NCBI RefSeq assembly: GCF_009834535.1
Contig: NC_045697.1
Coordinates: 14,510,001-14,574,000, forward strand
Source: Camelus ferus
Lineage: Eukaryota
DNA length: 64,000 bases
Reading direction: 5' to 3'
How positions within the stretch are numbered: the stretch's first letter is position 1; each line of letters starts with the position of its first letter. Below are positions 12,901-26,029 of this stretch, one piece after another. The translations under genes and the position numbers were made by a program. The notes under the pieces were generated by a model, which was not told where the DNA came from, made no database searches, and was given only the letters and a program-made list of their open reading frames with translations.

Positions 12901-13247
12901 TGATGACCACATATCTTGATCATATATATAACTCTACATAAATAATTATCATTCATGTAACATGTATTAATATTCCTTTAAAATTATTCTTAAAAATCAC
13001 ACATACGATGTCTGTGAGATAATCTGACGTAGTTGATAAAATGTAGCATCTATAAGATGTTTCCCTGTCAGCACATACCTTTAATCCTGTTCACTGTATA
13101 TAATTAACCCCCAACATAGATGACTATGCAAATCCAGAGATAAAAGAGGCTTCATATCCATGGACATGATGGACCCACTGGCATCAAAGGACAAAATTTT
13201 GATCATTAATACTTTCTATCTAAAATTTTGCTATCAAAAGGGGGAAA

Positions 13248-13766
13248 TGATGGAGAAATTTTTCAAATTTTCACTTACCTAGGTATAAAGAAAGTCATTT
13301 TGGTTTTACATGATTCAGCTTGAACTTTATTTGAACTATGTGAACTTAGAGGGCCTGATTTATGGCCTATCAAGCATACATTGTATATTTGCTTCACTTG
13401 TTAAAAAAAGAATGCATTATCCTCTGATAAAGAAGGCTCACAATGAAGATACAGATCATTGCCTCTCTTCTGGTGACCTCAATATTAATAGTCCGTATCC
13501 CCTTTCCAGATGCCAGGGTCATGCTGAACTGCTGTGCATGTGCTAATCCGTAACCACACTTCTTCCCCGGAATTTGGAAAGAATGTCCTGCCTGCTATAC
13601 TTGATGTACCTTCTTTGTACAACACTATGCTGAAAACCACGCCTCAGTGGAGCAGTTTCTCAGTGCTATCTGAGAGGCTGTCTCCTGGGCGATCGTCTTC
13701 AGCTTGGCTTGAATAAAACTCTTTCTTATTCTTTGCTATAGACCATTTATTGATTTTTCATTAACA
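13248..13766 (+). repeat. 3' LTR of the ERV
   Basis: TG...CA termini directly after the PPT, followed by TSD GTAA. Confidence 0.9.
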
Positions 13767-13784
13767 GTAACTTGCACAAGATTA

Positions 13785-14319
13785 TGAAAGGGGTCAGAAT
13801 ATGCCACTTAAAAATATGCCACTTTGGCATAAGGATTATGTTGAGCTGAAGGTAACTGAGAGTCAGCAGAGCAAGAAAAGTTCTCTGCCCTCCTGTTACC
13901 TACCTAAAGGCAGGGCATACATGCATTTTATTTTGTGAAGCTGCCCTCTCACTCTTCTGCGCCAAGAATCAGAGAGCAACTCTTATCATGGGAGACAGAA
14001 AGTCATCACCGTGATCAGTCTGCATAAACAAACCTAACTGCATAGAAATCTTATCCTCTATTAATGCCCCTCATATACTTCCCAACAATTTATCATCCCT
14101 TAAAGCCCCAACTCCCTTTCTTTTGCTAAAATGGTACCTAAGCCCCAGAATCTAGCTGCTTCTTTTGAGTTTTGCTTCTTTTCTCTGAATGTATATGCAC
14201 ATAAATATTAATAAAAATTGAATGCCTTATTTCTGTTAATCTGTCCTTTGTCAGTATAATTTGAAGGCCTTCAGTTACTAAACATAAGATGGTAGAGAAA
14301 AAGATTTTCCTCTCTAACA
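13785..14319 (+). mobile_element. Solo ERV1 LTR (MER34/MER39-like)
   Basis: Starts TGAAAGGGGTCAGAATATGCCAC, ends CA, contains AATAAA. Imperfect 4-bp TSD ATTA/ATAA. Confidence 0.7.
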
Positions 14320-14574
14320 ATAACATGCTAGAAGTCAGGGAGTTGGGATTTAACCACAGGAATTTTCACTTTAAAGCCAGTGCTTTTATACCCCTGGGGA
14401 GGTATATGTAAACACCACTATTTTTGTTTTGTTCTCATTGTAGCCCCATTAAACAAAGAGAAGTAAGATTTAAAAAGCAAATAGTATCCATAAAGATGTG
14501 TTGTGGCATTAATTTCATACTGAAGTATAAATGCTTACTATCAAGTTCTTTCCTGGAAGCAAGGAAAAGAGAAA

Positions 14575-14680
14575 TGAGGTAAGGGAAGGGGCTCGGGATT
14601 GGAGGGGGGGAAGGGGGAAAGTTAAAGGGGAGAGAGAAGAGAGGAAGAAAAGGGGGAGGGAGAAATGAGAGTGAGGAAAG
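14575..14680. repeat. Purine-rich (GA) low-complexity tract with several G-runs
   Basis: Directly visible in the sequence. Confidence 0.8.
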
Positions 14681-15371
14681 ATGAGCAATCCTCTATGCCA
14701 GCCACCATGAGAGATTCAGAAGCTGAACGTGGCCTGTTTTCTGTTTGCTAGATTCTCAGAGACATCCAGGGAGGTGGGATCTGAAACAGAAGTAAATGAG
14801 GCTATGGGAAAGGGATGAGCAAAGGGTTATTCCTGCCTAAATTAGTCCCACCTCCCTCGTCCACTGGTCTCAGGGGTCTCTGTACCTAGACATGCAGAAC
14901 ATCCTTTTGGCTCCACTTTCTCAGTTGTAAGCTTCAAATGACCTTGGAAATAGAGCAGGTGGTTTTAAAAGTGTGACAAATTGCATCTCCGTGGGTACTG
15001 CACTGGCCATAGCTGGGCCTCGGGCCCCGCGCTCAGTGTCTGTTTCTTGGCCCTAAGCTGCCTTCTCTTTCACCTGGGGAAGGACTCTGCTGCCTTAGAT
15101 TTATCACTTCGTCAGCTCGGTTCAGTTCTTAGGCACAAGATTCCTAGATTGACTCCTGTGCTCTCAGCTGCATTGGCTCCTTTCCTGTCCCACGGCAGCA
15201 CTTTGGGAAAGCAAGCCCAACTGATTTAGACCTAAATCCATTCCAAATCTCAGGAGACACTGAATGATTATCTTGACCAGGTTTTGTTGTGTAGAGTTGT
15301 GTACAACTCTGAGAATACTTCCTTTTCTGAGAACACTTCTAACTCCTTCTTATTTGTTTGTTTATTCACTT

Positions 15372-15456
15372 AATTTTTTCTTCTTTTTTTCTTTCTTCTT
15401 TCCTTCCTTTCTCTTCCTTCCTTCTTTCCTTTTTTCCTTCCTTCCTTCTTTAATTC

Positions 15457-15492
<36 letters not shown>
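15372..15492. repeat. Compound microsatellite (TTCC/TTTC)n-(TC)n-(CA)n
   Basis: Directly visible in the sequence. Confidence 0.9.
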
Positions 15493-16318
15493 ATTATCAC
15501 TGGGATCACTTCCCTCATCTGCCAGGCTAGAATAGGTGAGGCCCCAGTGACTAGAGAAGCCCCCTTTGCACTGACCTTGGTGTGCTGGGTGATGAACAAG
15601 GCTTAGTGAATGTCTATACAAAAGATGTTTAGGATGCAGGGTATGGGCCATGGTAGGCATTCGTCCCTAAATGCTAGTTCTCTGAAGTGACTGGGCAGGA
15701 TCTGACAGCCAGGATTCATGGCCAGGTCTCTGGAACCTCAGTTCAGTGCTCTTTCCACTATAACAGGAATTTAAGGTGTCTATGTAATAGCTAAGATATA
15801 AGCAAGGCAGGACCATGCATACAGAAGAGAGGGAGTCCTCCTAGTGAGGAGATCAGAAAACTCCACACTAAAGAGCAGCTTCTTCCGGGGATTGGCAGGT
15901 CAACAAGGATAGAGCATCATTCAGCTTGATGAAGGTCAGGCCTAATGTTACATATGTTCGGATGCTGCTCATGAGTGCTAGCTGTTGTTGGTACCTCCAA
16001 ATCAGACACATTTATGTCTAGCTGCCAAGATCTGCTTCAGGCTAGCAGCCGGTGAAACTGGGGCCCGCATCTCAGCAAATCTCTTTGGCAAGAAGTACTA
16101 AACTTTATTTTTTTTTTTTAAAAGAGGCAAAGGATAAGTTTTCTTTCTAACTTAGCTCCAAAAACAGAGGCTTAAAAAGCTGGAAATGGAATCATTTCTC
16201 CTCTGAGAATTACATGTCTTTCAGAACTTCTAGTCAATCAGTGTTGCAGCTTATCGCTGCTGGAGATCGCTTGTTTCCTATCATTATGCTCACGTTGTCA
16301 ATAGTGCTAAAATCAGTC

Positions 16319-16811
16319 TGTACTAATTTCCTACTGCTGCTGTGACAAACACAAAGTTGGTGGCTTAAAACAATGCCATCTTTCAGCGCTGGAGGTTGAA
16401 AGTCTGAAATGGGTCTCATTGGGCTAAATTCAAGGTGCTGGCAGGGTTGCACTCCTCCAGGAGGCTCTAGGAAAGAATCTGTTCCCTCGGGTTTTCCAGG
16501 TTCTAGAGTCTGCTCTTGTTCCTTGGCTAGTGGCCACCTCCATCTTCAATGCCAACAATGGACAATTAAGTCTCTCTCAGACAACATCATTCTGAACTGC
16601 ATTCTTTTGCCTCTTTCTTCCATTTATCCCTGTGAATCCATCAGGCCTATCTGGATAATCAAGGATAATCTTCCTACGTTAAGGTCAGATAATTAGCAAC
16701 CTTAATTCCATCTGCATCTTTAATTACCCTTGCCATGCAACCTAGCATATCCATGGGTTTTGGAAATTAGAATGTGGTTGTCTTTGAGGGACCATCATTC
16801 TGCCTATCACT
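16319..16811 (-). mobile_element. MLT1 (ERVL-MaLR) solo LTR
   Basis: GGTGGCTTAAAACAA...AAGGTGCTGGCAGGGTTG...ATTCTGCCTATCAC hallmarks. 5-bp TSD CAGTC/CAGTT. Confidence 0.8.
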
Positions 16812-16935
16812 CAGTTCATAATATACAAATTACTTTGAACAGAAAACACCCTTTTAAATAAGAAAAGAAAAGCTACCTTAAATTGAAACCCACAAAAATA
16901 GACTCGACTTCATCAGGAGCAAGCCAATTAAGAGA

Positions 16936-16940
16936 TGTGT

Positions 16941-16977
<37 letters not shown>
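16936..16977. repeat. (GT)n microsatellite
   Basis: Directly visible in the sequence. Confidence 0.95.
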
Positions 16978-16980
<3 letters not shown>

Positions 16981-18799
16981 AATATACATAAAAAGAACCT
17001 TGTCTTTGAGAAGCAAAGGGCAGATTTAATTAGCATTTCTATCTTTGAACTTCCAATTTTCACTAAGAAAGGACTGAAGAAAGTATGTTTCAAAGTATTA
17101 AAAAGGAACAGCAAACAGTTTGGAAGATAAAAGCTAATGATCAAACCAAGGGACATTCTGCTTTCATTTTAGTGGTCAGAAGCAATTAGATGCAGAGAAG
17201 GTATTTCCTGTGAGCCCAAAACTAACCTAGGAGTTACAGGAGACAGAACCTCAAAGTAGACAGAACTGGGATAACGTTCCTTTACAGAATTTCTAGGAGG
17301 ATCACAAAACATAATGGCGGTAAAGGCACTTCTTAACTGGGAAAAGGCACTCACACGTAACACTCCAATTAACTCGCCCAGACACCCCAGGATGGATAAG
17401 ACTAGAAATGAACCACGATCTTCAGCTACAGAGGTTTTCATTTTTACTTAAAGTTGTCAGTCCTCTGGACATGAACGAGTCATAGACCATGACTTTCAGA
17501 AAGACTTTTCACTGCAATAACAAAGCTGTGGTAAATGAGGGGATTTCCCCTGCAGAGACCCTCTGATGCTGTCCCCTAAGGAATGTGCACTCAGATGGGC
17601 TGGTTCTCACACGCCTGAGTTAAAAAACAACCCTAGCCCTTTCCAAAAATCTACATTTATCCAGGGTTTTGTTGTAATTTTATGTGTATTTTCACTTTTC
17701 CGGACTTTGTCTCACTTATTCTTCATACCTGTTTGTTAAATTAAAAAAAAAAAAAATGAGAGCATTGAGGATATGAGAGTTTTTTTAATCCAGAAACAAG
17801 CAGCAAAATTGGGTTTTAAAACTAGGTGTTTGGCTCCATATCCAGTTTGGGGTTTGTTGTTGTTTTTTGTTTTCTGCTCTAGTATTTACAGAGTGGTTTC
17901 TCCATATTGGGTGCTGTAATAAGGAAGTGCTTTATTTCAGTGATATATGAAATGGGAGTAATAAAATTGCATACCTCCTGGTGCTGTCAGGAGCAATAAA
18001 TGGGTTAGTGCACAGTACAGCTAAAGCATTCAGGCCATTGCAGAGCATATGGCAAGTGCTCTATTTGTAAGAGTCATTAGAATTTCTTCACAAGCCATCT
18101 CTGAGGTGTTTCTATTATTACACCTATTTGACAAATGAAGAAATTGCAAGTCAAAATGGTTAAGACCCTTAACCACTTTTTCTGGTACGAGACCAAGTGA
18201 GCCATGAGACTCCGTCCTCATTCCCACAAGCCAGCCTCATGTTGGCCCCCCGGGCTTGGTTCTTTAAAACAGAGCCACTCTTAGTCCCTCAGCTAGTCCT
18301 GAGCTTCCAAGCGAGGCAGAGCCTAAGCTAACTGAACTGCCAAACTGTTCAATCTGTCTGGAAAGATCCTCAGATTTCAGGTGCCATAGCTCAGTGATCA
18401 TTTCTTCACTTGAGAAATCTGACCTTCACATCATTTCTATCTCATGTCATTCATGTATTTATTCATTCTTTAGAACAGTTGACACTGACTGTATGCCATG
18501 CAAAATATGTAGGGGACTATGGGGGATAAATATTACGAAGAAGCTTACAGTTCAGGAGGAGGCAAGGAATGCATGTGTGTCACTACATCCAAGGAAGAAT
18601 ATTAGTGTTCATGAGAAAGTATGTTTTAAGTGCAGCGGGGATTTACAGGAGGAAGAGGAATAGGGAAGGGAGGGTTGAGGTCCATCAGGGATTTTATAGA
18701 GTCTGAGTTTGACCTTCATAGTTGTTCAATCATTTTTTTCAATGAGTCAATCAACAACATTTATCATCTACTATACGCTAAATATGCAAAACCCCTCAA

Positions 18800-19565
18800 T
18801 ATAATCCAATCAACAAATCCGGTTGGCTCCACCATAAAAATACAACCTTTCTCTGACTATCTCTTACTAAATCTGCTAATATAGCCCTAGATCCAAGCCA
18901 CCATTGACACATTCCCTCTGACCTTCCTGCTTTCACTCCCACATCTCTACAGTGTATTTTTCACACAGTACCTGGATAAAGAGTATATTTTTCATGTAAC
19001 TTCCCTGCTCATGGCCTTCCAATAGCTGTCCATGACATTGGGATAACAATCAAGCTCTCACCATGTCTTGGCCTCCCTCTGATCTCAACTGAGACCAATT
19101 TCACCCCCTCCTCCCCATCCCCAACCACAGTTCTCTCTTCACACAGTCTTTCAATTCTCTGAATAAACCAAGATTATTCCTGCCTAAGGCTTTTGTGCTT
19201 CATGATCCCTCTGTGTGGAATACTCACTACCCCAAGGCTGTCTCCTTATTTCTCGCTCTTTCTCATCACTCAGCCCTGCTAGGCTCAAATGCTGTCTGTT
19301 AAGAGGGAGTCTCCTTGACCAGAAATACTGTGTCTCCTGTCCCCACTGCCAGTCAGTCTCTATCAAATTGCCGTGTTTTTTCTCCAGAGCACTCACCACT
19401 TTCCCTGGAGTATTTTTTCACATGTTTGTTAGCTCACGCATTGCCTATCTCTTTCCATTCGTATGGAATACTTTGTCACATTATGTCCAGCTGCTAGAAG
19501 AGTGCTTGGTGACCACAGGTTTTTCATAACTATTTGTTGAATGAATCAATGAATGAAAGGATGAA
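18800..19565 (+). mobile_element. L2 LINE 3' fragment
   Basis: Pyrimidine-rich L2-like body ending TATTTGTTGAATGAATCAATGAATGAA, the typical L2 tail. Confidence 0.7.
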
Positions 19566-20879
19566 TGGCATAAGACAGTGTTCCTCACTCATGCAGGCAT
19601 TTGAAATCACATAAATTGCCTCAACAATAGTCATGATCAGAGATTGGCAACTAACCTAATTTTATGGGACACTGGGTTCACGAGAGAACTCATCAGACAT
19701 GTGGAGGAGGTCAGATTATGAAGAATTACAAGTACCTATAAGAGAGTTGAATAATGATGCTCTAATAAATGTTTCTGGACAGTAGAGTGGCATAATCACA
19801 ACAGTGTCCTGTTTGCTTCATCTGCTCATAATAAAAACAAAAGCAACCACAGCAATGAGAGAAAAGAGAAAAACTGAAGACAAGAAGGCCGTGAGTTGGC
19901 TACTGCAAAGGTCTAAGTCAGAGGTCCTCTTGGTGGGCAGAAAGGAACAGGGATGAGCACAGAGACTAGCACAGGTGCAGAGATGAACCTGGCAGAACAG
20001 GGTGAAGCAGAACAGTGTGAAGGAGGTATCAAAGGTGATCTGAACTGACTGTGGATCATGGTGGATTCATTCATCAACATACTACTGGAACTGACTAGTG
20101 AAAAAATAAAAAAGGTGGTGGAAATATACTGAAAGGATGCAAGGATAACTCATAAACTTGAAGTCAGAACTGAATAGCCCAGACTGAGGAAGGGGCAGAA
20201 GGAAGGCAGCTCTGGGTGGCCTGCAGCAGTAGTTTCTAGACCTCTAGTTGAGAGGGCTGCACTTAACTTATCTCTGGCACTCTCGAGCATGGCATCTATC
20301 CAACTCCAAATTTCAAATAGGAAAGTCCACCTGCAGATACGCCTGCATCAATCAGTTATGGCAGATCACTGAGTGCAGAAGAGCACTGGGGACTCACTCC
20401 TAAGGTTGGTGGTCCTTTTAGGAGAAAGGAAATTCTTGAGGGTTTGGACAGCCACTCCAAGTCATCATCTCTAGGTGAAAACAGAAACAGGAACAAGTAG
20501 GGAGATAAAGTGACAAGAGTGAATAAGAGCAAGGAATCAACAGTCTATGTGAAAGAGGAGCCAAATGTGCCAGAGCAAGAGTGGTGAGAGAGATCTCAGG
20601 AGATTTCAGAAAGTAATATTCTCACGAGAGCCAAGAAACAATTGAGCTTCAAGGAAAGGATGGACCATTGTGTTAAATGGAGAAACCCAATCATTCTCCA
20701 AGTTAAAATGTGGTCCTAGTACAAATTAGTCTGAGGTTGGTCAAAATGTGCATATGTATGTGCATGGGGAGGTGGTTTGTAGATGTATGTACAGAGGACT
20801 GGAGTGCACTCCTGAAAGGGGAAGGTAATGCTTAAAATGATTTTCAACTATGATGCTTCTGTTTTTCCATTGAATCCAA

Positions 20880-21830
20880 GATAATTCTACAAGTATTACT
20901 GACCATTCAGTCTGTGCCTAACTTGGATGCAGGAGCTGGGGGTACCATCCACACAAGTGAGTTAGCCCCTGCTCTCATGAAGCCTCCAGTCCAATGGCAA
21001 TTTTTAGGGAAGTAGGCAGACTGCTATAATATTGTAATGAGAGCAATGGTGGTTCAGCATGGGAGCTCCTTAGACAGACACTTAACCCATATTTGAATTT
21101 GAACAGGTTTGCTGAAAAAAAAAAATAGATACTATCTGAGCTGATAGATTTTAAGGATGAGCAGGGTCAAAGATGGAGAAAATGTGTTGCTGGTGGAGGG
21201 AAAAGTAGGTTCTTAGACATGGGTAAGAACTTAGTGGCTCACATATTTGAGCAGGAGAAACACAGAGAGGACATTTTGGATGGGAATAAATTGTATTTCA
21301 CGAGATGAGACTGCTAAGGCAAGCAGGACCCAGATCACAAAGGCTCTTTGAGCATGCTAATGGAGTCTGCTTTTTTATCTTGAAAGCACTAGGACCAATG
21401 AAAATTTGTAAGCAGAGGCAAGACAGCATCAAATTCGTATTTTAGAAAGATCACTGTGGTTGCTGTGTTAGAGAATTGATTGGGAGGTAATGTGGCTGAA
21501 CTTTAGGCAAGGAGACTAATTAGGAAGCTATTCTAGAAATCCAAGTGAGAAATGAATTAGGAATGTAGCCGATTTGGATGGATACAAAGTTTACAGAGGT
21601 GATGGATCTCCTGATACCAGGAGCTGATTAACCACGAGAACGAGGAGAGAGAGTCCTGAATGATGTTCAAGTTTCCAGAAAGAAAACAAGCAAACAAACA
21701 AACAAAAAACGTTTACCCTCTTTAGTTGACAGCTGAGACTATCTGCAAAATTAATTATGTTGTAAAGGACTAACAAATGGACGCATGTAGGTTTGAAACA
21801 AGAATCATTAAGTTTAGGGACTGAACAGTA
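20880..21830 (-). mobile_element. L2 LINE fragment
   Basis: Purine-rich antisense L2 motifs, e.g. TTTTAGAAAGATCACTGTGGTTGCTGTG and GGAAGCTATTCTAGAAATCCAAGTGAGAAATGA. Confidence 0.6.
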
Positions 21831-22159
21831 CACTAACTAGTCAGAGGTAAGATAGAGAAAGGGCATGCACATTACAACGTTGAGTTTGCTAGTACCAGCA
21901 GCCTCACGTTCCCAGAGCAATCATCTCCACCTTTGCAACTGCCAGTCATTGCCAAGGAGCCCAGCAGAAGAGAAGTGACAGTAAGGGGCATGTGAACATT
22001 TGTTCACGGCCATTTCATGTCCAGTGCTTTTGCTGAGCGGACTCTCCTCACTTCCATCTGTCTCAGAATGACAAATTCTCCAGGCAGATATATGAATATA
22101 TATTTATTCTTGTAATGCCAAGCAGGAGGCTCTCTGGTTACCATACAAACTATTAGCAA

Positions 22160-22905
22160 ACGTATTTGACTCTTTCTTAAAGAGTATCCAGAATCTAACC
22201 AATTCTCAGTAACTGACTGCCAAACACCTGAGGCAAGCCACCATCCTCTCCTTCTTGACTTTTGTCTTCTGGGTCATCTCTCAGCTTATGCCCTTGCTTT
22301 CCCATAGACTGTTCTGTAAGAAGAGCAGCCAGAGTAAACCTTTTAAAACAGGTCAAATCATGTGACAACTCTTGCTCAAAATCTCTGAACAGCTCTCTTT
22401 TTTCTAAAAGTAAAAACCCATTTTAAATGGGTATTGAGTCTCTTATAATAAGTTCCTGATTTCATCTCTCATTACATTGCCCTTACTCACTCACTCCAAC
22501 CACTTTGGTCTCTTCAATGTGCTTTGATCATCCCAGGCATGCTCCTGCCTCAGGGCCTTTGCACTTGTGGTTTCCCCTCCCTGGACCAATCTCTACCTAG
22601 ATTTCTACATGACACTTTCCCTTGGCAATATCAGGTCCATACTGCATGATCACCTTCATAAGCCCAGAAGGCTGCCTTATCCAAAATGGCACCCTTCCAC
22701 TCTCAGTTCTCCCTTACCTCTTCCAAACCCTTTTATTCTTCTTAGAAATTACCAGTATCAAATAGACTGTATAGTTTCTTTCTTCATCTTGTTTTTCCCA
22801 CGACTCTAAATGCCATACAGGGTTTTTGTCAGCTTCATTCACAATCCCCAGCACTGAGAACAGAGCTGACATGTCATAGGTGCTAGGTAATGAGCTGATG
22901 AATGT
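22160..22905 (+). mobile_element. L2 LINE 3' fragment
   Basis: CTCCTGCCTCAGGGCCTTTGCACTTG and ...CATAGGTGCT...GATGAATG motifs. Confidence 0.7.
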
Positions 22906-24409
22906 TGCTGAAATCTCGACTCAAACCAACAAGCATTCATTCATATGTACACATAGTTTTCCCTTTAATTAACATAAATTGATAATAATATATCACCCTG
23001 AAACATTTCACATTTAAGGGTAACATACAAGTAAACATAGAGAAAAAATTCCAAGTTTCCTCTAGAAGAAAACACTATGAAACTATTTGATACATTGCTT
23101 ATGAAGAAATTGAAAATGTAACAGGTAACTAAAGTTCAAAAACTGTTTGAGTGATATTAAAAAGGCCACTTACCTGCCTTTTGAGGCTGGCGAGTCCTGA
23201 AATGGAGAGCGCCTAACACTTTTTGTTGTTGTTTTTATGTGAATGCCGAGATAGATTCGGCTTATAAAGTTTTGGATTTGAACTGGTTGAGCAGAATTGC
23301 TCTGCTTAACTGAGGGAGGCAGGATTTGAAGTGCCATCCTCCCCCTGCTTCCTAACTCTTTAGTGCCTGTAGTTATGTGTGTAAAAATAAAGGGATGGAA
23401 GTGAAGAAGTGGAATTAAGTCAGAGGATGCATGCTCCCTAAGAAATGACAAGAGTAATTTATTGAATGCCTCCTTTGTTCAAGATATGGTAGCAGAGAGG
23501 CTGCACGTCTATTTTCCTGTTTGATTTTCACAAGGGCCCTGTAAGCTGTATATTATCAGCTCTAAGCAGATAAGGAAACTGAGAGAGGGCTAAAGAACTT
23601 TCACTTTTGCGCAGAATTTGTTGGTGCTGAGATGGAACCTAATCTGCTATAATTTACCCTCTTTATCCAAGGAACACTGCTTGTTTGTGCTTTGAACCAC
23701 TCTTTCCTCCTTGCTGCAAAGTAGGAGACATTTTTTCCTTAGAAATTATTTTACAAACAGTGATTTGGTTTCCAGGTAAGTTCATTAAAACCCTTTGCAA
23801 TGCATAATGCAGCCGTTAGATCAGGATTGTTTCTATGGAAATATGAGCCCCGAGTGCTAAACTGCCAACTTAACAAATGAACTTTGGGGATGTAATCTGT
23901 TTCCCTTTTCTCAGAGGAGATAAATAGGTGGTGCTGTTTAATTCCTCAACGCATTCTGGGTATCATCTTTCCAGATAGCGTTTGGCTGTGATGTATTTTC
24001 TCCCACCTCCGGAGTATAAAAAGCTGCAAGGTTTTCTGCCACACAGGAGTAAACGCTGAGCCCCAGAGCCAATTTCTCATTTCAGACACTGCAGATTTCC
24101 ATGTGCTTCTGCAAGCTCCAAATATGACTATAAACACGCCAGCCAAAACAAACTGTAATTTTTATAAAATAAATCTGGGGAGTATGTTTTTCTGAAACCT
24201 AAGGCTTCTTGACTGAGAGTGTAGTAGGAAAAGGCGAGGTTGGAAGCAGAGCTCATACTCCATTCATTGGCAGTGCTGCATCCCATACAAAACCTGGCAG
24301 AGAATAATCAGGACAAATGGCCTCATCTTTCTCTCTTTGTCACTTCCTGGGAGCGAGGTGTTTAAGAAAGCCAAGAACTCCTCGTAGGCAATTCAGAACA
24401 GAGTCATCT

Positions 24410-24578
24410 ATTGCAATGCTACTCAAAGCACCAGCAACATCTAGGAGCCTGGTAAAATGCAAATTCTCCAGCCCACCCCACATTCACTGAATCAGGATCT
24501 CTGAGGAGGGCGTGCAGCAATCTTGCTTTACAGGCTCTCTGGGTGATTGTGATGCAGCGAAGTTTTGAGAAGCATGAA
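24410..24578. mobile_element. MER5-type hAT-Charlie MITE
   Basis: TAAAATGCAAATTCTCCAGCCCACCCCACA...ACTGAATCAGGATCTCTG...AAGTTTTGAGAAGCA. Confidence 0.65.
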
Positions 24579-26029
24579 CTAAAGGGAGGGATTTAGCTGG
24601 GACCCAGAGAATGGGGTTCAAGTCCTTGTAGCCTCACATGATGGAGGATTATTTGGGGATGAGTCATGTAACCACTCTGAGTTCCCTCTTCCTTATCTGT
24701 GAAATATGGAGTTGAACTAACACATTGATGTGATGTCCCTAACATGAGGGCATCCTGTGGTGACTGGATGCTGATATCAATGACACCCACATTAATAAAA
24801 GATTGGGCTGTCATTACCTGCCTAATCTTCTCTCTCCTAACTAGTGTGATGAGGATGATGATAAAGCAGTAATAATATCTTTGTGCCTCCTGTGTGTCAT
24901 GCACTCTGAAGGGTACAACTTGTTTGACCAATGTCCTCTAGTAGTAATTCTTCCAAATTTAGCACTGAAAACCTGTGACCCTCTAAGGTCACAAAGAAAG
25001 TACATGACAGTGCCAGGATTTGAATCCAGATCTAACTTTAAAAATCCAAGCTGTATACACCCTGTCAATGTCTATCTTCCCAGATCTGGGATTTTTCATT
25101 AGCAGAAGGAAAACCAAAAATCCACTACAGTCCACAAGATGGGGCTACACACAGCAGACAGTTTGTTTCCTTTAAGTTTAGAAGGCAATGACTTTGAATA
25201 TATTTGACACATAGATTGACTTTGTATAAAAGCCACTTTACCTCAGAGTGATCAATAAACAAGGCTGTAGTCGTGTTAAGCTGCTGGTTTATTGACACTC
25301 TGAGACGTTTTGTCTCTGGTGAATAGATACAGAAAGTGGAGGGTGGAGAGAACTTTGGAAAGCTTCTAGCTTAAAAAGGTCATCACAGGCAAAAGGAAAT
25401 TTAGAACCAAAGCAATTAAAAGATTTATCCAAGGTCACATAGCTGGTTAGTGGCAGGGATGTGACCAGAATATATCTTATTGTCTACCTTAGCTGGTGCT
25501 TTTGCTGACAGTGTTTTATTAAATCAAACTGAATATCTCTTATTTTAGGAGGAGCCACATACCATGCATCCATGTTCAAGGCAGGTTTATAAGAAAGATG
25601 GCGTACAACTGTCTTAAATGATAAGCAAGGATTATTAAAGCTAATAAAGCTAGAACGATAATTCTGGGCAGGGACAACCACATAAGCAAAGGTATGTGGC
25701 TCTGGAACCAAATGATGTGTTTGGACTATCAGAGAAACTATTGGTACTATTAGAAGATTCCATAGTACTAAAAATTAAAAAGTGAAAATTAGGAAGCAGT
25801 TGGAAGCGAGGCTGGGGAGTCTTAAAGCGGCCAGGTCATGAAGGATTGACTATGTCATTCTAAGGCATGTGAAATTCATAAAGACTTTATGCAGGAGAAT
25901 GACGTCATCAGATTTGTATCTTAGCTCTCTCCGGCTGCAGTGTGGACTATGAAACATCTGTGTAAGGGGTGGGGAAAGGAGGGAGGAAGGGAAATCCGAC
26001 AATAGTGAAGCTGGTTATATGTATAAAAT

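Larger units (their letters stand above)
9054..13766 (+). mobile_element. Decayed, internally deleted class I (gamma-like/ERV1) provirus
   Basis: Two homologous 519-bp LTRs, 4-bp TSD GTAA (9050-9053 and 13767-13770), PBS-like sequence, PPT AAAAGGGGGAAA (13236-13247), and RNase H, integrase and env remnants. Confidence 0.92.
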
